DNA from: Polyangiaceae bacterium
Lineage (GTDB): Bacteria > Myxococcota_A > Polyangia > Polyangiales > Polyangiaceae
DNA length: 64,000 nt
Direction: 5' to 3'
Assembly: GCA_033763455.1 (NCBI GenBank)
Contig: JANRKO010000031.1
Location: forward strand, 1 to 64,000
Shown piece by piece: positions 47,161 through 56,557 of this stretch; within the stretch, counting starts at the first letter, position 1; each line of letters opens with the position of its first letter. The translations under genes were made by a program, and so were the position numbers. The notes under the pieces were generated by a model that was not told where the DNA came from, made no database searches, and saw only the letters and a program-made list of their open reading frames with translations.

Positions 47161-48267
47161 CTATGGCTCCGGCGCCCAGTTCGGGTTGCGGTAGTCCGCG
47201 TCCGCAGGCGTGACCAAACAAGGCACGCTCCCGACAGCTCGCGAAGTTACGGCGATCCGCGCAAGATTGTTCGCCGTATCGATTCGCTCATACGCGAGCA
47301 CATCCACTGTGGCCCACGCAGGCTTGGCTAAGCTAAAGGGTTCCTGCGGAGTTACGCGCCGGCCGTCGCACGGGGCAGTAGCCGTGCCATAAGGGGTCGT
47401 CCAAATAGACGCACCTTCTGCCGCAAAGCCCGTGCTGCAATTCACCGAGTAGGCGACCTCGCGACCGTCGGGCGAAACAGCAGGCATCTTGATGGTGGTG
47501 GTCGAATTCTGAACCACGGGCCTTATCGCCAGGTTATCAAGCCGAGCAGCGTTAAGCTCGTTGTTTCGATCGAACAGAACCTCCTCACCGTCAGCGCTGA
47601 ATTCAGGCCAGAAATAAGCATTAAAGGTATCGAGACCGGTGGCAATCAGGCGCTCGCCGAGGCCATCCACACCGATAACGTAAACCGACGCCCCACTGTG
47701 AAACGCGATGAACCTGCCATCGCGCGAGAAGCCTGCCTGATCCGCCCCCTCCGGTCGCGACGTGAGCTGGCTTAAGCTGCCCGATGCCAGGTGCAGAAGG
47801 AAAATTTGCGGTTGGCCGTTCATGTCCGAGGTAAACACCAGCGACGCCCCGTCAGGTGAAAAGTTCGGCTCCGTTTCAGCGCTCGGGTAGTCCGTGACGC
47901 GCACGCGCTCGCTTCCATCGGCCCGAGAAATGAAAATGTCGCGATTGAAACCTAATGCGTCCGAATCGTACGCGATGCGCCGCGCGAGTATTTGCGCGCT
48001 GACACCACACTCTTGAGATGTCGCCGGCACGGAGGTGATACCCGATGGCGTGGGGCCAGGGCCCGCAGCGTTCGCCTTTCCACCGACGGCCGAGTTAACT
48101 TTGCCACCTGAGGGGCTGCCCGGGCTGGGCCCTCCCGGGGAGTTCAATGCCCCACCCGAGCCAGTGACAGCTGTATTCGCACCTGGCTCTGCTTCAATGT
48201 TTGTGGCACCGCCGCAGGCAGCAGCAAAAAGCGAGCTGAATATGATGGCGCAATATCTAAGCTTCAT
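47161..48267 (-). CDS. TolB-like (PD40 repeat) beta-propeller lipoprotein
   Basis: Lipobox AAAC; repeated PNFSPDG..LVF, FSRDG, SPDGREVAY motifs. Confidence 0.85.
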   Translation of the reverse strand: MKLRYCAIIFSSLFAAACGGATNIEAEPGANTAVTGSGGALNSPGGPSPGSPSGGKVNSAVGGKANAAGPGPTPSGITSVPATSQECGVSAQILARRIAYDSDALGFNRDIFISRADGSERVRVTDYPSAETEPNFSPDGASLVFTSDMNGQPQIFLLHLASGSLSQLTSRPEGADQAGFSRDGRFIAFHSGASVYVIGVDGLGERLIATGLDTFNAYFWPEFSADGEEVLFDRNNELNAARLDNLAIRPVVQNSTTTIKMPAVSPDGREVAYSVNCSTGFAAEGASIWTTPYGTATAPCDGRRVTPQEPFSLAKPAWATVDVLAYERIDTANNLARIAVTSRAVGSVPCLVTPADADYRNPNWAPEP

Positions 48268-48454
48268 TGGTGTGCTCCCTCCGAACGTGTTTGGGAATGT
48301 CCAATATAGCATGCTCCAACAACGATATCAGGCAGGAAAAAACCAATGAAACTGTGCAGCAAGATCTGTGGACCTCTAGGGGCAACCCTAGTGTCGGCTC
48401 GGGAGCGCACAACCTCGGTAAGTTCGGCGGCTATACGCTTGAGGTTCTGTGGCT

Positions 48455-49648
48455 TCAGTGTTCCTTGGCGTCGACCCTTGTGGTGGCAATCTTTCGAATG
48501 TCGTCGATCCCGTACCGGAGCGCAGCGATGCGTTCGAGTCCGAAGCCCGCGCCGAGAGCGGTTCGTCTAGCGGTTGCGCCAAGCGCCTGCAGCACCCACG
48601 GAGCGTATTCGCCCAGGGCGATCACTTCGGACCAATCGTCTTTCTCGCGCACGTCGATGCTGAAGGCACGGCTGCACATTGGGTAGGACGTTGGCGAGAC
48701 ACGCACCTCGCGGCCTGGCAGCACGTTATCTAGCGCTTTCAAGAGGCGTCCCGCGAGCCAGAAACCGTCGATCGTGTCTTTGTCGTCGATCGCGAAGAGC
48801 TCGAGCTGGTGGAACGCTTCGAGATGCGTCGCGCTTTCTTTCTCCTTGCGATAGACCTTGCCAGACGCCCACAACCGCTGCGGCGAACCGTTGAGTTTGA
48901 TCGTTGTCAACAGCGGTAGCGTCAGGTCGTAGCGCAACACGTGCTCGCCAGAGATGCGTTGCAGCGCTGATCGCTCGATGTAAACGGCGTCTCCACCAAG
49001 CGCTTTTTCCGTTGCGTCGAGGTCGAGGTCTTCAGGTACCTCGACACGCGTGAAACCAGGGAATGCTTCGTTGATCGCCGCGAGAGTCAGCGCCACCGGA
49101 TTTCCTGCGATGTCGCTGAGGCGTGGCCGCGCGAGCAGCTCGATGATACTAGTCGGCAAGTCGCCGGGGATTTTTAGATCTCGTTGCTCTTCCATTTCTA
49201 TTTCCTTTCGCAGCTTCTCCCGGATACGCTGCAAACGTTTGCGTTCCGTGGCGGACCCGATTTGTAGACCACCGTAGTAGTGCGCTTCGCAAAGTTGGCG
49301 TTCTTCGCGACTGAGTGTCAGCAGTGCGCGAGACAGAAGGCGTTGCTGCGCCTCCGTCCACCGCGTTTCGTCCTCGTCGAGGAATGGCGGCGTTTCGGCG
49401 TCATGGAAATCGACCCACTGCGCACGGCTGCGTTTCTTGCGGTTGAGCGCAGTCGTTACGACGATGCGGCGCAGCCAGCCTGGAAAGGCGCGATCCTCCT
49501 GGAGCTGCGCAAGGCGGCGAAACGCCGTGGCGTACGCGTCCTGAACGACATCGCGGGCATCACTCTCGCGGCGCACGATACGCCACGCAACCGCATACGC
49601 CATTGCGTAAGTGGCACGTACGTGCGTTTCGAAATCCGCGAGCTCCAT
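48455..49648 (-). CDS. ECF sigma factor fused to a PheRS-alpha-like class II aaRS catalytic domain
   Basis: N-terminal DARDVVQDAY, FPGWLRRIV, KRLQRIREKLR; C-terminal motif 2 GKVYRKE...THLEAFHQLE and motif 3 GAGFGLERIAALRYGIDDIR in one uninterrupted ORF. Confidence 0.85.
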   Translation of the reverse strand: MELADFETHVRATYAMAYAVAWRIVRRESDARDVVQDAYATAFRRLAQLQEDRAFPGWLRRIVVTTALNRKKRSRAQWVDFHDAETPPFLDEDETRWTEAQQRLLSRALLTLSREERQLCEAHYYGGLQIGSATERKRLQRIREKLRKEIEMEEQRDLKIPGDLPTSIIELLARPRLSDIAGNPVALTLAAINEAFPGFTRVEVPEDLDLDATEKALGGDAVYIERSALQRISGEHVLRYDLTLPLLTTIKLNGSPQRLWASGKVYRKEKESATHLEAFHQLELFAIDDKDTIDGFWLAGRLLKALDNVLPGREVRVSPTSYPMCSRAFSIDVREKDDWSEVIALGEYAPWVLQALGATARRTALGAGFGLERIAALRYGIDDIRKIATTRVDAKEH

Positions 49649-49790
49649 GCCCTAAGGACACAAGCTCCGGCTCAGTGTGACAATCTTTTTCGGACCCGAT
49701 AGCTGCAGCGCCATCGAAACCCCGCAGGCAATCCCGAGCTTACATTGCTCCAACTTGCACCCGGGAGCCGAGTCGAGCTAGCGACAGTCC

Positions 49791-49852
49791 GACCAAAATG
49801 AAGTGCACTTCGGAATAGTCTTGACTATTTTGAAGTGTGATTCATTATAGTC
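49791..49852 (+). promoter_or_regulatory. Two tandem 30-bp imperfect palindromes overlapping a sigma70-like promoter
   Basis: GACCAAAATGAAGTGCACTTCGGAATAGTC-tt-GACTATTTTGAAGTGTGATTCATTATAGTC; TTGACT -35 at 49821. Confidence 0.7.
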
Positions 49853-49855
49853 AAG

Positions 49856-51019
49856 GTGAAGAGGCAGCAGGAATCAGCGCTGAGGGCAGATTTGGCCAAG
49901 AAGCTAGTGCTCTTGGCCGGGCCACGCCAAGTTGGAAAAACAACCCTCTCCCGGTCCTTGAGTCCCCACCACTCCTATCTGAACTACGATAGTTCTGAGG
50001 ATCGGAGGTTGCTCACAGCCAAGGAGTGGGATCGTGACGTTTCGCTCGTGATCTTTGACGAACTCCACAAGATGCGAAAATGGAAAACTTGGCTCAAAGG
50101 TATCTATGACACTGAAGGGATCCCCCCGGGGATCCTGGTTACCGGTTCCGCGCACCTTGAGGTATTCCGTCGCGGGGGCGACTCGTTGGCAGGTCGCTAC
50201 TTCCTTCACCGTTTGCATCCATTTACCGTTCGTGAGCTTGGGCGACAGTTCGAGGCAGAGGATGCACTAGAGCGCATCCTCACGGTTGGAGGGTTTCCCG
50301 AGCCTTTCCTGAATGGGGACGAACAATATGCCCGGCGCTGGCGAAGAAGCCATCTGGACGTGATTCTGCGGCAGGATCTGCTGGATCTAGAGAAGGTGCG
50401 AGAAATTCGAAGCATCGAGGTTCTGGTCGAGTTGCTGCTCCTGCGAGTAGGCTCGACGGTATCATTGAGTTCACTCGCACGGGACTTGCAGACGTCAGCA
50501 CACACTGTAAAGCATTGGCTACAGATCCTCGAAAGCCTGTACGTCCTATTTCCCGTTCGTCCGTACCATCACAACATCGCGCGAAGCCTGCTCAAGGAAT
50601 CAAAGTACTACTTCTACGACACTGGCGCGGTAGCTGACGCCGGGGCGGACCCGGGTGCGGTGCTTGAAAATGCTGTTGCGTGCGCGCTCCTTCGGGAACT
50701 TCACCTTGCCGAAGATCTCACCGGGAAAAAGGCGCAACTCTGCTTTCTGCGCGACAAAGAGAAGCGCGAAGTAGACTTTCTCCCAGTGCTCGATAAGAAG
50801 CCGCGTGAGCTTGTGGAGGTGAAGCTCAATGATGCAACTTTCTCGAAATCATTGCTCTATTTTCAAGATTTGTTGCCTACGGTGCCCGCAAGGCAGGTGG
50901 TAGGCGGCCTCAAGCAAGCCAAGGGCAGGGCGGAGCGCAACGCGCGTATGGTGCCGGCCGCCAAGTACCTGGAGGCACTTTCTTTTGTTTCGCCCAAGCT
51001 CCCCGCAACGTCACCGTAG
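49856..51019 (+). CDS. AAA_14 ATPase / DUF4143 protein with C-terminal PD-(D/E)XK-like motif
   Basis: GPRQVGKT, IFDELHK, VTGS, DSLAGR, GGFPE, KYYFYDTG, EVDF...VEVK. Confidence 0.92.
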   Translation: MKRQQESALRADLAKKLVLLAGPRQVGKTTLSRSLSPHHSYLNYDSSEDRRLLTAKEWDRDVSLVIFDELHKMRKWKTWLKGIYDTEGIPPGILVTGSAHLEVFRRGGDSLAGRYFLHRLHPFTVRELGRQFEAEDALERILTVGGFPEPFLNGDEQYARRWRRSHLDVILRQDLLDLEKVREIRSIEVLVELLLLRVGSTVSLSSLARDLQTSAHTVKHWLQILESLYVLFPVRPYHHNIARSLLKESKYYFYDTGAVADAGADPGAVLENAVACALLRELHLAEDLTGKKAQLCFLRDKEKREVDFLPVLDKKPRELVEVKLNDATFSKSLLYFQDLLPTVPARQVVGGLKQAKGRAERNARMVPAAKYLEALSFVSPKLPATSP

Positions 51020-51069
51020 TGGGCGGATGGGCCGCAATTGAATACTGGTGTCGCAACGTGTGCCACCGC

Positions 51070-51225
51070 TCATCCTCTTTCGGGCCGAATCGCAGGCAGG
51101 TTGCCGTGCCGCGCCACGAGCATCCGGGTGAGATGTTTGCGGATCGCCTCGACACGAGTGCGACCGACGACTTGGGCCCACTCCGTTTCGAGGTCTCCAT
51201 AGATCTTCCTGAATTTACCTGCCTT
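51070..51225 (-). pseudogene. Possible 3' remnant of a MarR-type regulator
   Basis: Frame with no supported upstream start: KAGKFRKIYGDLETEWAQVVGRTRVEAIRKHLTRML...LPAIRPERG*. Confidence 0.4.
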
Positions 51226-51314
51226 CGTCGAAGTCCGGGGGGCGGACTGAGCTCACCAGTGGTCGCACTTTCCACGGACGCAGTGCGTACGGAGATCCTT
51301 TCGGCCTCAGCCCC

Positions 51315-52463
51315 TTGATGACCCCTTGGTCTGGACCCACGAAGGCGCCCGTGCCAAACCTCCGGGCTGTGGCGCTCAGACGTATCGTAAAAGCCACCCT
51401 CTTCTCCGCTATATCGGCGAGCGCTGTGGTTGGTAAGGCAGCAGCCGCCAAAGCGGCATCACTCTCTGTTGAGTGGGCGCCGCAGGCTATCTGCACGCCG
51501 CCTGCCGACCTTGAACGGCTCGTATCTCCATTGCTTGGGCAACGTCCCGATGCTCTCCTCAAAGAGGATTTGCGAGTGCGGTTATCCCTCGCTCAAAATA
51601 CCGCACAGCAAGCGCCTGTCGCGCCAGGCGCTCCCGCAGCCCCAAGCTCGAGCCCAAGCCTCTGGGTGTTGATTGCCATGCACTCGCCCAGCAGTTCCTT
51701 TGAGCGCAGATTGGGGGCTCCAGATTGTGCTCAGGCGGCGGAGGCCACTGCCCTGGTGATTGCGCTAGCGATTGATCCACTTGCTCTGGTGCAAACACGT
51801 GACGGCTTGGTAGCTCCGCCGACAACAACGCCCGGCGCGACAACCCCAGGTACGCTTCCGCAATATGTCGCACCCGTTGCGCCGCCCCTGGCCGTGCCGG
51901 TGACGGACAAATCGACCACTGTTCGCCCCAAAACAACACTGGATCGTGAGCCCCTGATACGTGCCTTCCACCTAGAAGCTGGCCCGGCATTCGACGCAGG
52001 TACTCTGCCAAAACCGCGAGTGGGAATTTCCGCTGCGGTAGCGCTGAGCTTGAGTGCGCTCCGGGCCGAGGTTGGTTTTGTTTGGTTACCGAGCACCAGC
52101 GAACCCATCGTGAACAGCAACGGACGTATTCAGGCGTCTCTTTCCGCGGGCCAAGCACGGCTTTGTTGGTTCACCGGTTCGAAAGCACACGGTGCCATCA
52201 GCCTCGGTCTCGAAGGCGGCGAACTCAGCGCTGAAAGTGTCAACGTGACTACACCCGGCAGCGGCTCAACGTTTTGGGTGGCAGGCTTGCTTGGGGCACG
52301 TGCAGACTTCGAATTGGTAACGAACACTCTTGCGCTCTGGGCACGGCCTGAGCTCGTGGTGCCTTTCGCGCGGCGAGGTTTCACCGTGGTAGGGCCAGGC
52401 AGCACGTACGAGCCTTCAGTTGTATCGGGGCGAGGCACCCTAGGGTTGCAGGGCACATTCTGA
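51315..52463 (+). CDS. Secreted protein paralogous in architecture to 23085-24095
   Basis: EWAPQAIC...L...V..LLG, RRLGAPDC..AAEA.ALVIALAIDP, Pro-rich linker, amphipathic strands, terminal Phe. Confidence 0.65.
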   Translation: MMTPWSGPTKAPVPNLRAVALRRIVKATLFSAISASAVVGKAAAAKAASLSVEWAPQAICTPPADLERLVSPLLGQRPDALLKEDLRVRLSLAQNTAQQAPVAPGAPAAPSSSPSLWVLIAMHSPSSSFERRLGAPDCAQAAEATALVIALAIDPLALVQTRDGLVAPPTTTPGATTPGTLPQYVAPVAPPLAVPVTDKSTTVRPKTTLDREPLIRAFHLEAGPAFDAGTLPKPRVGISAAVALSLSALRAEVGFVWLPSTSEPIVNSNGRIQASLSAGQARLCWFTGSKAHGAISLGLEGGELSAESVNVTTPGSGSTFWVAGLLGARADFELVTNTLALWARPELVVPFARRGFTVVGPGSTYEPSVVSGRGTLGLQGTF

Positions 52464-52613
52464 GCGCCCTATTACCTACCCTAGAACGTACCTGAGACTT
52501 CACTCAATTCGCGCCACAACAGGCTAGTTTAGAAAACTTCACCGACCATTTCACTTCCTAAAAGAGCGGCCACTCACTCAACACACGCTTTACTTTGAAA
52601 GGTGGGTAACAAA

Positions 52614-53306
52614 ATGCCGCTCATACACGCTTCCCGTTCACGCCTACTATCGCTCACCGCGCTGCTAGTCGCGACACAAGCTGCGAATTGCTCGGGAGGA
52701 AGCAAGATACCAATAGGCTCCGATGGAGAGCTACCGGCAGGAGGTGCCGTCATCGCCTCAGGTGGCAGCTCAAACTCCTCGGGCGGCGTCATGAACACTG
52801 GTGGCGTCATGAACACTGGTGGCGCCATGAACACCGGTGGCGTCATGAACACCGGTGGTGCTGGTCAGAGTTGCACCGTGGATGGTGTGGTTTACCCTGA
52901 TCGCGCGGTGGTGGGGCTCTGCCTTTGCTTGAACGGCACGGTGGGGCAATGCACAGGCGCTATTCTTGACCCGCCATGCGGCGGAAATCTTGGTAATTGC
53001 GCGGCGGATGAATATTGTATGTATCCTCTAGGCGGGCAGGCCTGCACGGACGCGAATGCCAGGGGGATCTGCGTCAAGCGTCCCTTGGCTGAATCCTGCA
53101 CTTCTCCTTCGGGGGGGCTTGCCGGTGCAATTGCTACTTGGGTTTGTGGCTGTGACGGGAAGACCTACGCAGACCAGTGTAGGGCCCGCAGTGCGGGTAC
53201 GGACGTTGCTACTGCGGACTTTACCATCTGCCCAATTCCGTGCATTGACCTAGAGAGCCCACGTTGCACGCGCGGCGACAGGTACTCACCCGAGCCTGCT
53301 CACTAA
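52614..53306 (+). CDS. Cys-rich lipoprotein with Kazal-like domain and 4x GG(V/A)MNT repeat
   Basis: Lipobox AANC; WVCGCDGKTYADQC; 18-bp repeats at about 52782-52853. Confidence 0.75.
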   Translation: MPLIHASRSRLLSLTALLVATQAANCSGGSKIPIGSDGELPAGGAVIASGGSSNSSGGVMNTGGVMNTGGAMNTGGVMNTGGAGQSCTVDGVVYPDRAVVGLCLCLNGTVGQCTGAILDPPCGGNLGNCAADEYCMYPLGGQACTDANARGICVKRPLAESCTSPSGGLAGAIATWVCGCDGKTYADQCRARSAGTDVATADFTICPIPCIDLESPRCTRGDRYSPEPAH

Positions 53307-53404
53307 ATGGCACGGGCGGGCCCATCCCGGCCGCCTCACACCCGTCCGCTCCGAATCGCACCGAACTGCGGGACGCGTTCGCGCGTTCGCGCGTTCTTTC
53401 GCCC

Positions 53405-55417
53405 TCAAACTTTGTCCACGCGGCGCCAGAAATCCGCGACTTCAGCGAGATTTTCTGCGCGCCGTGCGGGAGGCAACGCCCCGAGCAACTTCTTGCCGTA
53501 CGAGCGAGTTACCGCTCGTTCATCCAGCAACACGACGATGCCGCGATCATCTTGGGTGCGGATCAAGCGCCCGAAACCTTGCTTCAGAGTGATCGCCGCC
53601 TGCGGAACGAACAGTTCCATGAACGGGTTCTTTCCTTGCTCTTCGAGCACTGTTGAGCGAGCACGTAAAACCGGTTCGCTCGGCACGGGGAAGGGAAGCT
53701 TTTCGATAATCACGAGGCGAAGCGCGCGCCCCGGAACATCTACGCCTTGCCAGAAGCTCATGGTGGCTACAAGCACCGCATTTTCGCTCGCCCTGAACTG
53801 CTCCAAGAGCAGTGTCTTGCTGGCCGTGCCTTGCAAGAGCACAGGATAGCCCTGAAGCTTGGCCTTCAAGATACCGTGGATGAGCCGCATGGATTTCACC
53901 GACGTGCAAAGCACAAAGCAGCCGCCTTCGGTGATGCGCACCAATTCCTCAGCTTGTGCGGCCGCGGCATTCACAAAGCCTGGATGGTTCGGCTCGGGTA
54001 GCCCGCGAGCAACGTAAAGCAGCGCGGCTTTATCGTAGTTGAAAGGTGATGCCACGCGCAGCTCTTCCACGGCGAGATCTTCGTCGATACCGAGGCGCGC
54101 ACGAATATACGAAAATGCGTCCGCCACCGGGCCGCGGCTCTCGGACGTTGAAAGCGTAGCGCTCGTGAGCACCACCGAGCCTATCGCATCGAACACTCGC
54201 TCTCGGAATGTTGAGCGCACTTCAACGGGTGTGGAAACTAGCCGGAGCGAGCGTTCGCTCACATCCAACCAGGTTACGCGCCCGCGACCACCCTCCACAA
54301 CAATCGCCAGATCTTGGCGAATGGTTTGGGCTCGCCGAGCGACAACGTCTAGAGCTTCGCGAACTGCACCACGCGTGGTGCCCTCAGTAAGCTTGCTACC
54401 CAAGCTCGTTGCTCCAAGACCCAGCGCCTCCAGCGTTGCGTCCACGCCATGCCAAAGCCGAATAAGCTCTTTCGACCAAACATCTCGCTCTAACGTGACG
54501 CGCGATTCGTTAGCTGGCAGAAGCGTTCGCAACATGGACCAGAAAGCGTTCGCGGCATTGCGCGCCTGATCGGCGACCCTCAAAATGTCCGCCCCTGAAA
54601 AGAGTGGACCAGAAAGCGCTGGGATCTGCTCAAAATCTCGCACCAGGCGCTCCACGCCCGAACTCGAGACGGAGGAGCCGAAAAAATTCGTGGCGATGTC
54701 TTCCAGCTGGTGAGCTTCGTCGAAGATCACCGCGTCGTAATCAGGCAACACACGCCCGGGATGTGGACCGCGCAATGCAAGATCCGCAAAAAACAAATGA
54801 TGATTCACCACCACGAGCCGGGCTCGCTCAGCATCTCGCTTCATGCGCGTAACGAAGCACTCGTCGTAAAATTGGCACGTGGGCCCCACGCGTGTGTCGC
54901 TCGAAGAGGTGACCTGGGACCACAAATCGTCGTCTTCGGCGAGCCCTTCGGCCTCTGCTAAATCACCGCTCGTTGTGTTCTCCACGAAGGTGTTAAGAAC
55001 ACGCAAACGTTTGCCAAGGTGTGGCTGGGATGCGGCCTCGCTCGCTAGGAATTGCCGATAACGCCGCTTACAAACGTAGTTTGAAAGTCCTTTCATAAGA
55101 GCCACTTCGGGCTCTTTCCCGAGGGCCCTCGCGATGAGCGGCAGATCTTTTTTGAAGATCTGTTCCTGAAGCGCGCGGGTGGCGGTGGATACCATCAGCT
55201 TCTTTCCCGAAAGCAGCGCTGGTAGAAGGTAGGCGAGCGTCTTGCCCGTGCCCGTGCCGGCTTCGCACAAGAGCACGCGCTCTTCGTCGAGAGCGCGGAA
55301 CACCGCATCAGCCATTTGAATTTGACCTTCGCGACTCTCGTAGCGTGAAAGAGCGCGAGCTATCGGCCCATCTGCACCGAGGAGCGCTTGAGCTTGGCTG
55401 TTTGGTAATGATGTCAC
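53405..55417 (-). CDS. dinG: DinG/YoaA family ATP-dependent helicase
   Basis: YESREGQ, EAGTGTGKT, VVNHHLFF, FDEAH, LTSATL, SFWQGVDVPG, KLPF, QGFGRLIR. Confidence 0.95.
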   Translation of the reverse strand: MTSLPNSQAQALLGADGPIARALSRYESREGQIQMADAVFRALDEERVLLCEAGTGTGKTLAYLLPALLSGKKLMVSTATRALQEQIFKKDLPLIARALGKEPEVALMKGLSNYVCKRRYRQFLASEAASQPHLGKRLRVLNTFVENTTSGDLAEAEGLAEDDDLWSQVTSSSDTRVGPTCQFYDECFVTRMKRDAERARLVVVNHHLFFADLALRGPHPGRVLPDYDAVIFDEAHQLEDIATNFFGSSVSSSGVERLVRDFEQIPALSGPLFSGADILRVADQARNAANAFWSMLRTLLPANESRVTLERDVWSKELIRLWHGVDATLEALGLGATSLGSKLTEGTTRGAVREALDVVARRAQTIRQDLAIVVEGGRGRVTWLDVSERSLRLVSTPVEVRSTFRERVFDAIGSVVLTSATLSTSESRGPVADAFSYIRARLGIDEDLAVEELRVASPFNYDKAALLYVARGLPEPNHPGFVNAAAAQAEELVRITEGGCFVLCTSVKSMRLIHGILKAKLQGYPVLLQGTASKTLLLEQFRASENAVLVATMSFWQGVDVPGRALRLVIIEKLPFPVPSEPVLRARSTVLEEQGKNPFMELFVPQAAITLKQGFGRLIRTQDDRGIVVLLDERAVTRSYGKKLLGALPPARRAENLAEVADFWRRVDKV

Positions 55418-55434
55418 GAGCGGGGGCTGCGTGG

Positions 55435-55767
55435 CTACGCTAGCTCATCCGGAGGGGACGGTATGGAACCTTCTACATCCAAGAACTGCAGCCCCGCGAT
55501 TTCGCCGTCAGCTTGATGGCGCAGCCAAGCAACGCGCACTCGACGCGAAGGCCCCTCTTGCTCAGACATCCAGAAATCGTAATCCGCACCCTCCAGCACC
55601 GGATCTTCCAGAACCACACGGACCCCACCACGACTCACGTTGAGCGTCCACCCGGTGATCGCTGCCCCTTCACTACTCTTTAAAAAAACGTGCTCGGAAG
55701 CTTCGTGGCGTGAGCCGCCAGCGCTCCTGCGCTGGGGAGGTCGAGAACTACCGCCAAGAATCGCCAC
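55435..55767 (-). CDS. PilZ domain protein
   Basis: RRSAGGSR and TLNVSRGG c-di-GMP motifs, RVAW, GLQF. Confidence 0.8.
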   Translation of the reverse strand: MAILGGSSRPPQRRSAGGSRHEASEHVFLKSSEGAAITGWTLNVSRGGVRVVLEDPVLEGADYDFWMSEQEGPSRRVRVAWLRHQADGEIAGLQFLDVEGSIPSPPDELA

Positions 55768-55956
55768 CGACGAATGCTAACCATAAATAGGGCACTGCTG
55801 CAAAGGTGCGGTTGCGCACTCGTAGGTGCCACTGGCACGGGGCACGCGGCCCCGCTTGACGTACTTAGGTCCCATCGATAATGCTGCTGAGCGATTGCAG
55901 GTTCCAAAGCTCTCCTCGTTCCGACGCTTTTTCTCCTCGTAGGTTAGTTGAAGAGC

Positions 55957-56391
55957 ATGAGTCTAGAAGACCCCAAAGAGCTCAAACGGCGACTCGTTCA
56001 AGAGGGATTTCAGATTTATCGTACACTTGCGGACCGTGTGGTTCTTGCCGAACGCGTTCGGGACAATCTGATTATGGAAAGCGGCGTTGCCGCGGGCCTG
56101 TCACGCGATGTGTACGTCACCGTGCGGGCCCAGCGTCGCGATTTTCCCCAAGCTTCGGAAGCTCAGCTGTTTGAGCATGCGCGAGAACTCGCCACCCAGC
56201 CCCTCGGCCGCGGCTACCTCGAACACGCGTCGAATGTGGTGCCCGTCCATGACCCGGGGGACCCTAACAAGATCCTGGATACCAGGTTTGAAATCACCCT
56301 CAAGCGCCCCATCGCCGACGACGCCGAACTGTTCAACGAGCTTCGTTTCCTTCTGAGCCTCAAGAAAAGCAGCGCCCCGGACGAAGGCTAG
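55957..56391 (+). CDS. Hypothetical protein
   Basis: Coding-like ORF with LAERVRDNLIMESG and PVHDPGD motifs. Confidence 0.7.
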   Translation: MSLEDPKELKRRLVQEGFQIYRTLADRVVLAERVRDNLIMESGVAAGLSRDVYVTVRAQRRDFPQASEAQLFEHARELATQPLGRGYLEHASNVVPVHDPGDPNKILDTRFEITLKRPIADDAELFNELRFLLSLKKSSAPDEG

Positions 56392-56557
56392 CCCGAGGAT
56401 AAACGCGTTGTGAGTCGCAGGCCGGCCTGCTAGCTCGGGTCGCTGGCGGCGTGAGTTTCGCCTCGACTTTCGGCCAATGGACCCGAAAAAAGCCTCGTGC
56501 TAGGTTCCGCGCCCCTTCGGGCTCGGGCTCGAAATTACGCAAGAGGACAACCTAAAA

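Noticed and set aside
48455..49170. Housekeeping pheS
   Set aside because: It is fused to a sigma domain, the Phe-pocket motifs are altered, and pheT is absent
55833..55847. Sigma54 promoter TGGCACGGGGCACGC
   Set aside because: Spacing is right but the -12 element is poor (ACGC), too weak to call
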